The notes: generated from the letters alone by a model not told the origin. 53,992 nt of DNA from Gaiellaceae bacterium (GCA_035764775.1 DASTYQ010000054.1:1-53992), one strand, 5' to 3'. Positions 45,003 through 53,852 are shown, numbered from the stretch's first letter. Program-made: numbers and translations.

Positions 45003-46080
45003 GGGCGCGCCCTTCGACGAGCACTCGCTCGATCTCGAGGTCCTCGCTGACGACGACGACGTCGGCAGGCAGCCCGACGCCGATCCTTCCGGTGGAGGGG
45101 AGCCGCAGGACGCGCGCCGGGACCTCGGTCGCCGCTCCGATCGCGTCGGCCAAGGGGACGCCGAGCGAGTGCAGGTTGCGAACCGCCTCGATCATCGTCA
45201 GCGTGCTCCCGGCGAGCGCGCCGCCGTTGCCGCGTGCGACGCCGTCAGAGACCTCGACCGCGACGTCGCCCAGACGGTAGGAGCCGTCGTCCAGGCCGGC
45301 GGCGGATACCGCGTCGGTGACGAGCGCCAGCCGCCCCTGGGCGGCCTGCCACACCATCGCCGCCGTCACGGGGGCAACGTGCACCCAGTCGAGGATGAGA
45401 TGGACGACCACGTCAGGTCGCGCGAGCGCCGCCCCGACGATCCCCGGGTCGCGGTGATGGAACGGTCGCATCGCGTTGAACAGGTGCGTCACGCTGCGGA
45501 CACCGAGGTCGAACGCGGCGATCGCGTCCTCCGCGCTCGCGTCGGAGTGGCCGCAGGACACTGCGATCTCCCTCAGCAGGAGCTGCTCGATCAGGCGGTG
45601 CGCCCCCGGGAGCTCGGGCGCGAGTGTGACCAGTCGGACAGGCCCCGCGGCCAGCAGGCGATCGAGCAGCTCCGGATCGGGGTTGCGGCGCGCCTCGGCC
45701 GGGTGGATCCCGAGTCGAAGAGCCGAGATGAACGGCCCTTCGAGGTGGGCTCCGAGGACACGGGGCCCGTCCGACTCGGCAGGCACCTCGCGGAGGGCGG
45801 CGAGGAGCTGCTCCTCGGGGGAGGTGATGAGTGTGGGGAGGTAGGAGGTGACACCGGTCTCGAGCAGCGCCTCGCCGGCCTGGCGGTAGCCCTCGGCATC
45901 CGCCGAGAGAAAGTCCACTCCGCCGAAGCCGTTCACCTGCAGGTCGACGAAGCCTGGGATCGCGATTCCGCGGCCGTTGGGCGACGATAGCCCGAACGCC
46001 GCGACCCGACTGCCGATGATCTCGAGGTCGCCTGGGACGAGTTGGCCGTCGACGAGGGCCGCCTCGACGCCGAGTCTCAT
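44989..46080 (-). CDS. nagA: N-acetylglucosamine-6-phosphate deacetylase
   Basis: PGFVDLQVNGFGG, HLEGPF, CGHSDA, THLFNAM, LVTDA. ORF trimmed to ATG 46080, which overlaps the murQ stop. Confidence 0.9.
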   Translation of the reverse strand: MRLGVEAALVDGQLVPGDLEIIGSRVAAFGLSSPNGRGIAIPGFVDLQVNGFGGVDFLSADAEGYRQAGEALLETGVTSYLPTLITSPEEQLLAALREVPAESDGPRVLGAHLEGPFISALRLGIHPAEARRNPDPELLDRLLAAGPVRLVTLAPELPGAHRLIEQLLLREIAVSCGHSDASAEDAIAAFDLGVRSVTHLFNAMRPFHHRDPGIVGAALARPDVVVHLILDWVHVAPVTAAMVWQAAQGRLALVTDAVSAAGLDDGSYRLGDVAVEVSDGVARGNGGALAGSTLTMIEAVRNLHSLGVPLADAIGAATEVPARVLRLPSTGRIGVGLPADVVVVSEDLEIERVLVEGRARVVG

Positions 46081-46976
46081 TCCACGTCCTCCAGTGCCCC
46101 GGCGATGCTCCGACCCGAGGCGGTGAGGCGTCCGCGCGCGGTGTCGGCGTCGACGTTGGCGACGAGGGAGACGATCGCGACACGCGCGTCGCCGTTCGCG
46201 GCCGCGAGGGCGTCGTCGATCTCCACAGGGCTCGCGCCGGTCGCGGCCGCGACGATTCTCCGCACGCGCCCAACGAGCTTCTCGTTCACGGCGACGACGT
46301 CGACCATGAGGTTCCCGTAGGTCTTCCCGAGCCGGATCATGGCGATCGTCGAGATGGCGTTGAGAACGAGCTTCTGTGCGGTTCCGGCCTTGAGGCGCGT
46401 CGAGCCCGCGATGAACTCGGGACCGACCACGACCACGATCTCGTGGTCGACGAGCGAGCCGAGCGTGGAGCCCGGAGCGCACACGACGCAGACCGTGAGA
46501 GCACCGGCCGCCGTTGCCGCCTCGAGCGCGCCGGCGACGTACGGCGTCGAGCCGCTCGCGCTCACGCCGACGACGGCGTCCTCGGGTCGGACGTCGAGGA
46601 CGCCGAGATCGCGCCCGCCCGCCTCACGATCGTCCTCCGCCGCTGCCCTGGCGAGCGGAGCTGCGGCGGTTCCGCCGGCGACCACTGCGACGACGAGGCC
46701 GGCTGGGGTGGAGAACGTCGCCTCGCATTCCGACGCGTCGAGCGCCGCGATGAGACCCGACGAGCCCGCGCCCACGTAGACGAGGCGGCCGCCGGCCTGC
46801 ATCCGATCCGCAACCGCGTCGATTGCGTCGGCGATCGCCGGTGCAGCCGCGGCGACCGCTCCGGGCACCGTCGAGTCCTCCCCGTTCATGAGTGCGACGA
46901 GCTCGGACGTCGGTCGCGACTCGTAACCGGCATGCGGGTCGCTCCCCGCCTCGGTGATCAGCTCGTCCTCGACCAT
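46077..46976 (-). CDS. murQ: N-acetylmuramic acid 6-phosphate etherase
   Basis: [26 protein letters not shown] and [12 protein letters not shown]. Confidence 0.92.
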   Translation of the reverse strand: MVEDELITEAGSDPHAGYESRPTSELVALMNGEDSTVPGAVAAAAPAIADAIDAVADRMQAGGRLVYVGAGSSGLIAALDASECEATFSTPAGLVVAVVAGGTAAAPLARAAAEDDREAGGRDLGVLDVRPEDAVVGVSASGSTPYVAGALEAATAAGALTVCVVCAPGSTLGSLVDHEIVVVVGPEFIAGSTRLKAGTAQKLVLNAISTIAMIRLGKTYGNLMVDVVAVNEKLVGRVRRIVAAATGASPVEIDDALAAANGDARVAIVSLVANVDADTARGRLTASGRSIAGALEDVE

Positions 46977-46982
46977 CGCGCG

Positions 46983-47011
46983 AGTCTACGCCGCGCTCCC
47001 CGGGTGGTCAA
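46983..47011 (-). promoter_or_regulatory. Promoter TTGACC-N17-TAGACT-N6-ATG for a leaderless murQ-nagA-SIS operon
   Basis: On the minus strand, -35 is at 47011-47006 and -10 at 46988-46983. ATG is at 46976. Confidence 0.55.
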
Positions 47012-47016
47012 TACCA
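47005..47016. promoter_or_regulatory. dre-like operator core TGGTCAATACCA (candidate HutC/DasR-type site)
   Basis: Matches 10/12 positions of TGGTCTAGACCA. Covers the murQ -35 hexamer. Confidence 0.45.
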
Positions 47017-47031
47017 GTTATGAGGAAATGT

Positions 47032-47043
47032 GGTATCCATACC
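47032..47043. promoter_or_regulatory. Palindrome GGTAT-CC-ATACC upstream of the ABC ATPase gene
   Basis: 5-2-5 inverted repeat ending 9 nt before ATG 47053. Confidence 0.3.
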
Positions 47044-47052
47044 CGGCAGCTC

Positions 47053-48246
47053 ATGGCCGAGATCGCGCTTCGGAGCATCACGAAGGTCTTCGCGGGAGAC
47101 GTCGTCGCCATCGACGACGTCTCCCTGGAGATCGGCGACGGCGAGTTCATCGCGCTGGTCGGGCCGTCCGGATGCGGCAAGTCGACGTTGCTGCGCACGA
47201 TCGCCGGCCTCGAAGACGTGACGGCGGGCGAGATCTCCATCGGCGATCGCGACGTGACCGACCTCGCGCCCCGGCACCGGGACATCGCGATGGTCTTCCA
47301 GAGCTATGCGCTGTACCCGCACATGAGCGTCCGGCAGAACCTCGGCTACGGGCTCAAGGTGCGGCGGATGCCGAAGGCGGAGGCCCGCAGGCGGGTCGAG
47401 GAGATCGCCGAGCTTCTCGGGTTGACCGACCTGCTCGAGCGCAAGCCGGCCCAACTCTCCGGCGGCCAGCGCCAGCGCGTGGCCATGGGGCGCGCGATCG
47501 TACGGCAGCCGCAGGCGTTCCTCATGGACGAGCCGCTGTCCAACCTCGACGCCAAGCTCAGGGTCGGGATGCGTGCCTCCCTGGCGCAGCTGCATCAGCA
47601 GCTCGGTGTCACGACCGTCTACGTCACGCACGATCAGGTCGAGGCGATGACGCTCGGGCAGCGCGTTGCCGTGATGCGCGACGGTCGCATCCTTCAGGTC
47701 GACACTCCGCAGACGCTCTACGAGAAGCCGCGCGACCTCTTCGTCGCGGGATTCATCGGCTCGCCCGCGATGAACCTCGTCGAAGCGACCCTCGCCGACG
47801 GCGAGGTCACATTCGGGCAGCTCCGCGTGAAGCTCGACCCGTCGAGGCGGCCGGAGGGGAGTCAGCGCGGTCCCCTGATCCTCGGCATCCGACCGGAGAC
47901 GTTCGAGGATGCGGCGTTCGCGTCGACCGACCTTCCGACGATCGACGTCGAGGTCGTCGTGCTCGAGGAGCTCGGCTCCGACGCGCACGTCTTCTTCCGC
48001 GTGCACGCGACGAGGATCGCCGCGGAGACGCTCGGCGAGGACGAGGACACGACCACCGACCTCGTCACCGATCGCGGCTCGCTCCTCAACGCGCGCGTCG
48101 ACGCGCGGACGGACGCTCGTGTGGGTCACACGCTCAGCCTGGCCGTCGACCCGTCGCGCTTTCACTTCTTCGACGCAGACACCGGTGCGTCGCTCCTCGG
48201 CGTCGGTACGAGCGAGCGCCGGGCTGCGTCGCCGATGGTGTCCTGA
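47053..48246 (+). CDS. Sugar ABC transporter ATP-binding protein (MalK/MsiK/UgpC type)
   Basis: [37 protein letters not shown], and a C-terminal regulatory domain. ORF trimmed to ATG 47053. Confidence 0.92.
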   Translation: MAEIALRSITKVFAGDVVAIDDVSLEIGDGEFIALVGPSGCGKSTLLRTIAGLEDVTAGEISIGDRDVTDLAPRHRDIAMVFQSYALYPHMSVRQNLGYGLKVRRMPKAEARRRVEEIAELLGLTDLLERKPAQLSGGQRQRVAMGRAIVRQPQAFLMDEPLSNLDAKLRVGMRASLAQLHQQLGVTTVYVTHDQVEAMTLGQRVAVMRDGRILQVDTPQTLYEKPRDLFVAGFIGSPAMNLVEATLADGEVTFGQLRVKLDPSRRPEGSQRGPLILGIRPETFEDAAFASTDLPTIDVEVVVLEELGSDAHVFFRVHATRIAAETLGEDEDTTTDLVTDRGSLLNARVDARTDARVGHTLSLAVDPSRFHFFDADTGASLLGVGTSERRAASPMVS

Positions 48247-48263
48247 CTGCGGGAGGTCTGGTC

Positions 48264-49058
48264 ATGACCACTGCCGACCGCTCGAATACGATGGGCCACG
48301 TGACCAAGCAGGCCGCGACGCGCGATCTCGTGCTCGACCTCATCGAGCAACTCGCGGTCGGCGACGCGATCCCGTCGGAGCGTCAGCTGAGCGCCGACTT
48401 CGGCGTGTCCCGGCTGACCGTGCGCGCGGCCCTCGACGACCTCGTCCGGGAAGGCCACCTCGTCCGGCGCCACGGCTCGGGGACGTTCGTGAGCGAGCCC
48501 AAGATCGCGCAGGAGCTGACGATGACGTCGTTCACCGACGACATGCGCCGGCGCGGGCTGAGGCCTGCGAGCAAGACGCTCGATCTGCGCACCGTCCCCG
48601 CGGGAGCGCGGCTCGGGCGCCTCCTGCACGTCTCCCCGTCCGAGCCGGTTCTCGTCGCGGGCCGGCTCAGGCTGGCGGATGGCGAGAGCATGGCGATCGA
48701 GACGGTTCACATCCGCGCATCGCACGTTCCAGGGCTGACGGCCGCCGACCTGGAAGAGCGCTCTTTCTACGAGTTGCTCCGCGACCGCTACGGGATCGTC
48801 GTCGTCGGAGGCGAGCAGACGATCGAGCCCACCGTCACCGACGAGGACGAGTCGAACGCGCTCGGTGTACCGCTCCACTCGCCGGCGTTCCGGTTCGAGC
48901 GGGTGACGCACTCGGCGGCTGGAGAGATCGTCGAGTTCGTCGAGTCGATCTACCGCGGCGACCGGTACCGCCTCGTGACCTCGCTGTCGATTCCGCACGA
49001 GCGCCGCCGCTCGCGCGACGGAGACGGACGAGGCGCGGCAGGCAAGCAGCGTGGTTAG
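48264..49058 (+). CDS. GntR/HutC family regulator (UTRA domain)
   Basis: SERQLSADFGVSRLTVRAALDDLVREGHLVRRHGSGTFV. GGGAGG SD. This is the C-terminal 264 aa of the 871-aa ORF 46443-49058. Confidence 0.9.
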   Translation: MTTADRSNTMGHVTKQAATRDLVLDLIEQLAVGDAIPSERQLSADFGVSRLTVRAALDDLVREGHLVRRHGSGTFVSEPKIAQELTMTSFTDDMRRRGLRPASKTLDLRTVPAGARLGRLLHVSPSEPVLVAGRLRLADGESMAIETVHIRASHVPGLTAADLEERSFYELLRDRYGIVVVGGEQTIEPTVTDEDESNALGVPLHSPAFRFERVTHSAAGEIVEFVESIYRGDRYRLVTSLSIPHERRRSRDGDGRGAAGKQRG

Positions 49059-49063
49059 TACCA
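49052..49063. promoter_or_regulatory. TGGT-N4-ACCA site (TGGTTAGTACCA) overlapping the regulator stop codon
   Basis: Same half-sites as 47005-47016 and 49185-49196. Confidence 0.3.
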
Positions 49064-49184
49064 AAGCCGAACTTGGCGCCTCATCGGCAAACACGCCGCT
49101 GTGCAGGATATTGGCACCGCAACCGTTGCAACAGTGGGCTTGACAGATCGCCGAAGATGTGGGAGCCTCTCGCCCGTGGCAGAT

Positions 49185-49196
49185 TGGTACAAACCA
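49185..49196. promoter_or_regulatory. dre-like operator core TGGTACAAACCA upstream of the binding-protein gene
   Basis: The extended site ATTGGTACAAACCACT matches 12/16 positions of ACTGGTCTAGACCACT. Confidence 0.45.
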
Positions 49197-49273
49197 CTTG
49201 GGTGCTCCGACCTGGCACTGCCACGCTTCCATCCCCGGTCTGATCGAGCGCCCAGATGCCGCGGGAGATGCGA

Positions 49274-50500
49274 ATGAACATACGTATTTTCGCCGCAGCT
49301 GCGCTCGTTGCCGCACTCTCGGTCGTAGCTGTCGGTGTGTCTGGGGCGTCGGGTGGCAGTGCCGCGAACACCCTGACGGTCTGGCTCCAGGTCGACGCGC
49401 AGTCCGGTTGGCCCGAGGTCGTGGCCGCTGCCAACGCTCAGTTCAAGGCTCAGAATCCGGGCTGGGACGTCGACGTGCAGTATCAGACGTGGGGCACTCA
49501 CCTCGCGAAGTTCGACGCGACGTTGGCGGGCGGCAATGCGCCTGACGTCATCGAGATGGGGAACACCGAGATGACGAAGTACAGCGCTGCGGGTGCCTTC
49601 CAGGATCTGACCGCCATCTCGTTCCCGAACAAGAGCACGTGGCTCGCGGGACTTGCGGCGTCCGGGCGCTACGGCGGGAAGATCTACGGTGTCCCGTACT
49701 ACGCCGGCTCGCGCGTCGTCACCTACCGGACCGACATCTGGAGGCAGAACGGCAACAAGGTACCCCAGAGTCAGGCCGAGTTCATCGCCCTGGCGAAGAA
49801 GATCGGTGCGAAGAACACCGCGAAGACGTTCTCGCCCGTCTACATCGCTGGCACCGATTGGTACGTCGCGATGAGCTTCGTTTACGACTACGGCGGGAAG
49901 ATCGCCATCACGCGGAAGGGCAAGTGGGTCGGGGCGCTCGACAAGCGGGCCGCACTCGCCGGACTCGCCGCCTACAAGCGGTTCTTCGAGGCGGCTTCAC
50001 GGGCTCCAGCCGGGTCGAACGAAGGGACTCCGCCGCCGTACGACGTCATGGCCCACGGCAACGCCGCGTCGACGTACGGAGCGGGTTGGTTCACCTGCTG
50101 CGTCGGCGACTACAAGAACCGCGTCGCACAGTTCGTGATGCCGAGTCACACGAAGGGTCAGCCGATTCCGGGCTTCCTCGGGGGCTCCGACCTCGCTGTT
50201 CCGGTCGGCGGCAACAAGGACAAGGCTGCAGCCTGGATCAGCGCCTTCACGGACAACGCGTCCATGACCGCGCTTCGCGCGAAGGGGAACATCCCGAACA
50301 CGACGAGCCTGCTCGGCACCAGCGTCAACGAGCGCGCAGCGCGCAGGAGCTGGTTCGTCCCGCAGTCGAAGAACTGGGTCAACGTGGAGAACGGGAACGT
50401 CCTCCGCACCATGCTGCAGCGGATCCTGAGCGGAAGGTCCTCGATCAAGGACGCCGCGTCCGTTGCGAGCGACAACATCACCTACACCCTGAATCAGTAG
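49274..50500 (+). CDS. ABC transporter sugar-binding protein (family 1 solute-binding protein)
   Basis: Signal peptide MNIRIFAAAALVAALSVVAVGVSGASG. GGGAG SD. Alternative ATGs at 49256 and 49268. Confidence 0.88.
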   Translation: MNIRIFAAAALVAALSVVAVGVSGASGGSAANTLTVWLQVDAQSGWPEVVAAANAQFKAQNPGWDVDVQYQTWGTHLAKFDATLAGGNAPDVIEMGNTEMTKYSAAGAFQDLTAISFPNKSTWLAGLAASGRYGGKIYGVPYYAGSRVVTYRTDIWRQNGNKVPQSQAEFIALAKKIGAKNTAKTFSPVYIAGTDWYVAMSFVYDYGGKIAITRKGKWVGALDKRAALAGLAAYKRFFEAASRAPAGSNEGTPPPYDVMAHGNAASTYGAGWFTCCVGDYKNRVAQFVMPSHTKGQPIPGFLGGSDLAVPVGGNKDKAAAWISAFTDNASMTALRAKGNIPNTTSLLGTSVNERAARRSWFVPQSKNWVNVENGNVLRTMLQRILSGRSSIKDAASVASDNITYTLNQ

Positions 50501-50512
50501 GGTCGACCAGGT

Positions 50513-51463
50513 ATGACGGTCGCCGCCGAGGCCACTGCCCACCGGTCTCGGCGGCGACCGCGCCTCAAGACGATCGCGCAGGCGTCCGTCCCGTACCTGC
50601 TGATCCTGCCGGTGATCGTCGTCATCACGGCCATCCTCGGGTACCCGCTGTACAAGCTCGTCACGCTCTCGTTCCAGCAGTACGGGCTGGCGGAGCTCAT
50701 CCAGAAGAAGGGCGTCTGGATCGGCCTCGACAACTACTCGTCGGTGATCCACGACGAGGTCTTCTGGCGGGTGCTGCTCCGTACCGTGATCTTCACCGCG
50801 GCCAACGTCGTCCTGACGATCGGCATCGGGACGCTCATCGCATTCCTCCTCGTGCGCGTCTCGACGTGGGTGCGGATCCTGCTCACCGCGGGGCTCGTCC
50901 TCGCCTGGTCGATGCCCGCGGTCGTCGCGGTGCAGATCTGGGTCTGGATGACGAACTTCGAGAACGGGGTCCTCAACTACATCCTCACCGAGCTCCACTT
51001 CGGTGACTATGCCGGGCACGACTGGTACGGGTCGACGTTCTCCAAGCTCGCGATGGTGACGCTCCTCATCGTGTGGGGCGCGATCCCCTTCGTGACCATC
51101 ACCGTGTACGCAGGGCTCGCGCAGGTGCCGAGGGAGCTCGTCGAGGCCGCCGAGATCGACGGTGCAGGGCCTGTTCGCGTGTTCCGCGACGTCACGTTCC
51201 CGGTGCTCAAGCCGATCTTCCTCATCCTGACCAGCCTGTCGATCATCTGGGACTTCGGGGTCTTCACGCAGGCGTACCTCCTCATCGGCTCCTCGGCGGT
51301 CGACACGTCCAACTACGTCATGGGCGTCTACGTCTTCATCGAGGGCTACTCGCACTCGGACTTCGGGCGTGGCGCAGCGATCTCGCTACTGATGCTTCTC
51401 ATCGTCGCTGCGATGAGCGTCTTCTACGTCCGGCGCATGGTGAAGATGGGGGAGGCGTCATGA
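50513..51463 (+). CDS. Sugar ABC transporter permease
   Basis: EAA loop VEAAEIDGAGPVRVFRDVTFP and 6 TM segments. Confidence 0.9.
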   Translation: MTVAAEATAHRSRRRPRLKTIAQASVPYLLILPVIVVITAILGYPLYKLVTLSFQQYGLAELIQKKGVWIGLDNYSSVIHDEVFWRVLLRTVIFTAANVVLTIGIGTLIAFLLVRVSTWVRILLTAGLVLAWSMPAVVAVQIWVWMTNFENGVLNYILTELHFGDYAGHDWYGSTFSKLAMVTLLIVWGAIPFVTITVYAGLAQVPRELVEAAEIDGAGPVRVFRDVTFPVLKPIFLILTSLSIIWDFGVFTQAYLLIGSSAVDTSNYVMGVYVFIEGYSHSDFGRGAAISLLMLLIVAAMSVFYVRRMVKMGEAS

Positions 51464-52365
51464 CGACGGCCGCCGAGGTCGTCCCGAAGGCAGTTGCCGC
51501 GGTCGCACCGCGCGCGGCGACGATCCGCCGCCAGCGCCGCCGACGGCTCCGCCGCGCCGTCTGGAACGTCGTCGGTCTCGCCCTGTTCGTGGTCCTCGTC
51601 TTCCCCGTCTTCTGGATGGTCTCGACAGCGTTCAAGCCCGACAACGAGATCAACTCGTTGTCGCCGACGTGGTTCTCCGCGCGCCCGACCCTCGAGCACT
51701 TCCGTGACGCGATGGCGCGACCCTATTTCTGGGAAGTCGTCAAGAACAGTCTGATCGTCGTCGGTGCGGTCGTGGCGCTGTCCATGGTCGTCGCCTTCCT
51801 CGCGGCGGTCGCCCTCGCGAAGTACCGCTTCACCGGCAACAAGCTCTTCGTCGTGCTGGTGATCGGGATTCTGATGCTGCCGCAGGCGGGGCTCGTGATC
51901 CCGCTCTACGTCGTCCTCGCCAAGTACGGCCTGACGAACCACCTCCTGGGGCTCGTGTTCACGCACCTCGTGATCCTGCTCCCGTTCGCGGTCTGGACGC
52001 TGCGCGGGTTCATCATGGGCATCCCGAAGGAGCTCGAGGAGGCCGCAATGGTCGACGGCTCGAGCCGGCTCGGCGCGTTCACGCGCATCCTGCTCCCGCT
52101 CGTTGCGCCCGGACTGGTGGCGACCTCGGTGTTCGTCTTCATCACGAGCTGGAACGAGTACATCTTCGCCAACGTCATCCTCACCGACCAGGCGAATCAG
52201 ACGCTCACCGTCTGGCTGTCGTACTTCTACGGGACGAGCCGTGCAACGGACTGGGGCGGGTTGATGGCTGCGTCGACGCTGACGGCGATCCCGGTCGTCA
52301 TCTTCTTCCTGCTCGTGCAGCGGAAGATCGCGTTCGGGCTGACGGCCGGCGCCGTCAAGGCGTGA
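51460..52365 (+). CDS. Sugar ABC transporter permease
   Basis: EEAAMVDGSSRLGAFTRILLPL. ATG 51460 overlaps the upstream stop (ATGA). Confidence 0.9.
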   Translation: MTTAAEVVPKAVAAVAPRAATIRRQRRRRLRRAVWNVVGLALFVVLVFPVFWMVSTAFKPDNEINSLSPTWFSARPTLEHFRDAMARPYFWEVVKNSLIVVGAVVALSMVVAFLAAVALAKYRFTGNKLFVVLVIGILMLPQAGLVIPLYVVLAKYGLTNHLLGLVFTHLVILLPFAVWTLRGFIMGIPKELEEAAMVDGSSRLGAFTRILLPLVAPGLVATSVFVFITSWNEYIFANVILTDQANQTLTVWLSYFYGTSRATDWGGLMAASTLTAIPVVIFFLLVQRKIAFGLTAGAVKA

Positions 52366-53813
52366 GCGACCTCGAGCGGCTCGCGGCGAGCTGCATCTTC
52401 CCGGGGTTCGAAGGTGCGACCGTCCCGGACTGGGTACGGCGACGACTCTCGGACGGACTCGGCGGCGTCGTCCTCTACGCCTGGAATGTCGAGCGCACCG
52501 AGCAGCTCCGCGAGCTGACCGCGGGGCTGCGTGCGGAACGCGACGACGTCATCGTCGCGATCGACGAGGAGGGCGGCGACGTCACGCGGCTCGAAGCGGC
52601 GACCGGCAGCTCCTACCCCGGGAACGCCGCGCTCGGCGTGGTCGACGACGTCGAGCTGACCGAGCGCGTCGCGGCCTCGCTCGGAGCCGAGCTCGCGGCC
52701 GTCGGCGTCAACCTCGATTTTGCGCCCGTCGCCGACGTCAACACGAACCCGCAGAACCCCGTGATCGGAATCCGCTCGTTCGGGTCGGACCCCGACGTCG
52801 TCGCACGTCACGTCGCCGCCTCCGTCCGAGGCTGCCAGCGCGCGGGCGTCGCCGCCTGTGCCAAGCACTTTCCCGGCCACGGCGATACGTCCGTGGACTC
52901 GCACCTCGCGCTGCCGGTGGTCGACGTCCTCGAACCGTCCGCGCTCGCTCCCTTCCGCTCCGCCATCGACGCCCGGGTGCGGTCGATCATGACCGCGCAC
53001 ATCGTCGTCCGCTCGGTCGGCGACGCACCGGCGACGATGAGCCGCGAGATTCTCCACGATCTGCTGCGAGGCGAGCTCGGCTTCGAGGGCTTGATCGTCA
53101 CGGACGCGCTCGAGATGAAAGCGATCAGCGACACGGTCGGCGTCGAGGAAGGCGCGATTCGCGCGCTCGCGGCCGGTGCCGACGCGCTGTGCCTCGGGCA
53201 CGATCTGTTCGACCAGTCCGTCGTCTCGGTCCGGGACGCGCTCGTCGGCGCGGTCGGGTCCGGGCGACTACCCGAGGATCGTCTCGTCGAGGCGGCCGGC
53301 CGCGTTGCGGCACTCGCGATGCCGGCCGGGGACGTCGAGATCGACCGCGACGTGGGTCGCCTCGCCGCGCGGCGGTCGCTCCGAATCGAAGGCGATGGGC
53401 GGATCGACGGTCCGACGCAGCTCGTCGAGCTCGTCCCGGAGTTCGGGATGGCCGCGGGGCGCCTCTCGCAGCTCCCCGGCGAGTGGTTCCGCGCGGTCGT
53501 GCCCGACACCGAGCTGTACCGGTACGAATCGCATTCGCCGCACAATCTCTCGCTCGACGGACGCCAGCTCGTGGTCATCGTCCGCGACGCCCACCGCCAC
53601 GAGTGGGAACGGCAGACGGTCGAAGCTCTTCTCGAGCGCGAGCCGCACACGATCGTCGTCGAGATCGGCCTGCCGCACTGGCGCCCTCCGCCAGGGGTGA
53701 CCTACGCCGCGACGCACGGCGCCGCCCGCGTGAACGTGGAAGCCGCCGCCGAGGCGCTATACTCGGGGCCGCGACGCGGGGTGGAGCAGTCAGGTAGCTC
53801 GCCGGGCTCATAA
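52362..53813 (+). CDS. nagZ: Glycoside hydrolase family 3 (NagZ-like beta-N-acetylhexosaminidase), cytoplasmic
   Basis: IDEEGGDVTRL, NLDFAPVADVN, KHFPGHGDTSVDSH. No signal peptide. The last 39 nt overlap tRNA-fMet, and the TAA stop lies in the anticodon loop. Confidence 0.82.
   Translation: MSDLERLAASCIFPGFEGATVPDWVRRRLSDGLGGVVLYAWNVERTEQLRELTAGLRAERDDVIVAIDEEGGDVTRLEAATGSSYPGNAALGVVDDVELTERVAASLGAELAAVGVNLDFAPVADVNTNPQNPVIGIRSFGSDPDVVARHVAASVRGCQRAGVAACAKHFPGHGDTSVDSHLALPVVDVLEPSALAPFRSAIDARVRSIMTAHIVVRSVGDAPATMSREILHDLLRGELGFEGLIVTDALEMKAISDTVGVEEGAIRALAAGADALCLGHDLFDQSVVSVRDALVGAVGSGRLPEDRLVEAAGRVAALAMPAGDVEIDRDVGRLAARRSLRIEGDGRIDGPTQLVELVPEFGMAAGRLSQLPGEWFRAVVPDTELYRYESHSPHNLSLDGRQLVVIVRDAHRHEWERQTVEALLEREPHTIVVEIGLPHWRPPPGVTYAATHGAARVNVEAAAEALYSGPRRGVEQSGSSPGS
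53758..53763 (+). promoter_or_regulatory. Candidate -10 box TATACT, 11 nt upstream of the tRNA-fMet 5' end, inside the nagZ coding sequence
   Basis: TATACT-cggggccgcga-CGCGGGG. Confidence 0.4.
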
Positions 53814-53848
53814 CCCGGAGGTCGCAGGTTCAAATCCTGCCCCCGCTA
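53775..53848 (+). tRNA. Initiator tRNA-Met (anticodon CAT), no encoded CCA
   Basis: CGCGGGGTGGAGCAGTCAGGTAGCTCGCCGGGCTCATAACCCGGAGGTCGCAGGTTCAAATCCTGCCCCCGCTA. The 1:72 position is mismatched. There are three G:C pairs next to the anticodon loop. Confidence 0.92.
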
Positions 53849-53852
53849 CTGG

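Noticed and set aside
46443-49058. An 871-aa ORF that might suggest a giant fusion protein
   Set aside because: Only the last 264 aa (from ATG 48264, with a GGGAGG SD) form a coherent GntR/HutC protein. The upstream 600 aa overlap murQ (opposite strand) and the ABC ATPase (other frame).
49140-49145. A perfect TTGACA upstream of the binding-protein gene
   Set aside because: No TANNNT hexamer lies 16-19 nt downstream, so I cannot call a promoter from it.
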